From positions 1 through 15,775 of the forward strand of contig JBHHXN010000123.1 in assembly GCA_046757025.1 (NCBI GenBank): a stretch of DNA of 15,775 nt, read 5' to 3'. The position numbers were made by a program, and so were the translations under genes. Under the pieces are notes generated by a model. The model saw only the letters and a program-made list of their open reading frames with translations, did not search any database and was not told the origin of the DNA. Shown here piece by piece: positions 15,567 through 15,775 of this stretch (positions within the stretch are counted from its first letter, which is position 1; the number at the start of each line of letters is the position of its first letter). The DNA comes from a bacterium (lineage in GTDB: Bacteria; Zhuqueibacterota; Zhuqueibacteria; Oceanimicrobiales; Oceanimicrobiaceae).

Positions 15567-15721
15567 TATCTGAACGAAAACGATCCTATCTTCCCGAAGG
15601 CCTCCTGGCCGAAGGTAAATTCCGGCCTGGCTCGGTTGGGCGTGTCCTGGCTTTGTCGAAGGGACGCCTTCGCGAAGAGGTTGATAAATCGCGCATTTCT
15701 CGAGTTTTCGTACAGACACTA
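15564..15721. mobile_element. MITE-like element with 18-bp imperfect TIRs
   Basis: TAGTATCTGAACGAAAAC (15564-15581) / GTTTTCGTACAGACACTA (15704-15721), 16/18 match. Inner pair TCTTCCCGAAGGC (15589-15601) / GCCTTCGCGAAGA (15666-15678), 12/13 match. Degenerate GTCGAAGGG hairpin inside. Confidence 0.7.
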
Positions 15722-15775
15722 AATAGTTTTTAAGCCAGATTTCGACTTTTCACACAGCTTCTTCAGCGTGTCCCC
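15719..15775 (-). CDS. Possible 3' end of a convergent gene (...GDTLKKLCEKSKSGLKTI*)
   Basis: A minus-strand frame is open from the window edge to TAG at 15721-15719. An alternative frame (...GHAEEAV*) is also possible. Confidence 0.3.
   Translation of the reverse strand, partial: GDTLKKLCEKSKSGLKTI

Overview
Bacterial chromosomal window of moderate GC. Gene content and repeat style suggest an FCB-type lineage such as KSB1 or Calditrichota, which is inference only. Left to right: (i) a translationally coupled pair encoding an exported, single-pass TPR/helical-repeat membrane protein and a cytoplasmic protein made of TPR-like repeats, a degenerate class III nucleotide-cyclase-like domain and a Hanks-type pseudokinase; the two proteins share a 42-aa module; (ii) polA on the minus strand, divergent from a DUF3467 gene; (iii) a minus-strand operon: FakA-FakB (DAK2-DegV) fusion, plsY, SirB1/transglutaminase-like protein, double-zinc-ribbon-TM-TPR protein, and a membrane-anchored [2Fe-2S] ferredoxin with a Cys-to-Asp change at a ligand position; (iv) a transposase-less ~780-bp cassette with 12-bp terminal inverted repeats and an 8-bp target-site duplication, carrying a decayed GxxExxY gene with a MITE nested at its 3' end; (v) an exported TPR-parvulin PPIase. 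Most intergenic regions hold nested non-autonomous repeat elements, several sharing a CTGAGCGGAGTCGAAG hairpin core. All calls are from reading motifs by eye; no searches were run.
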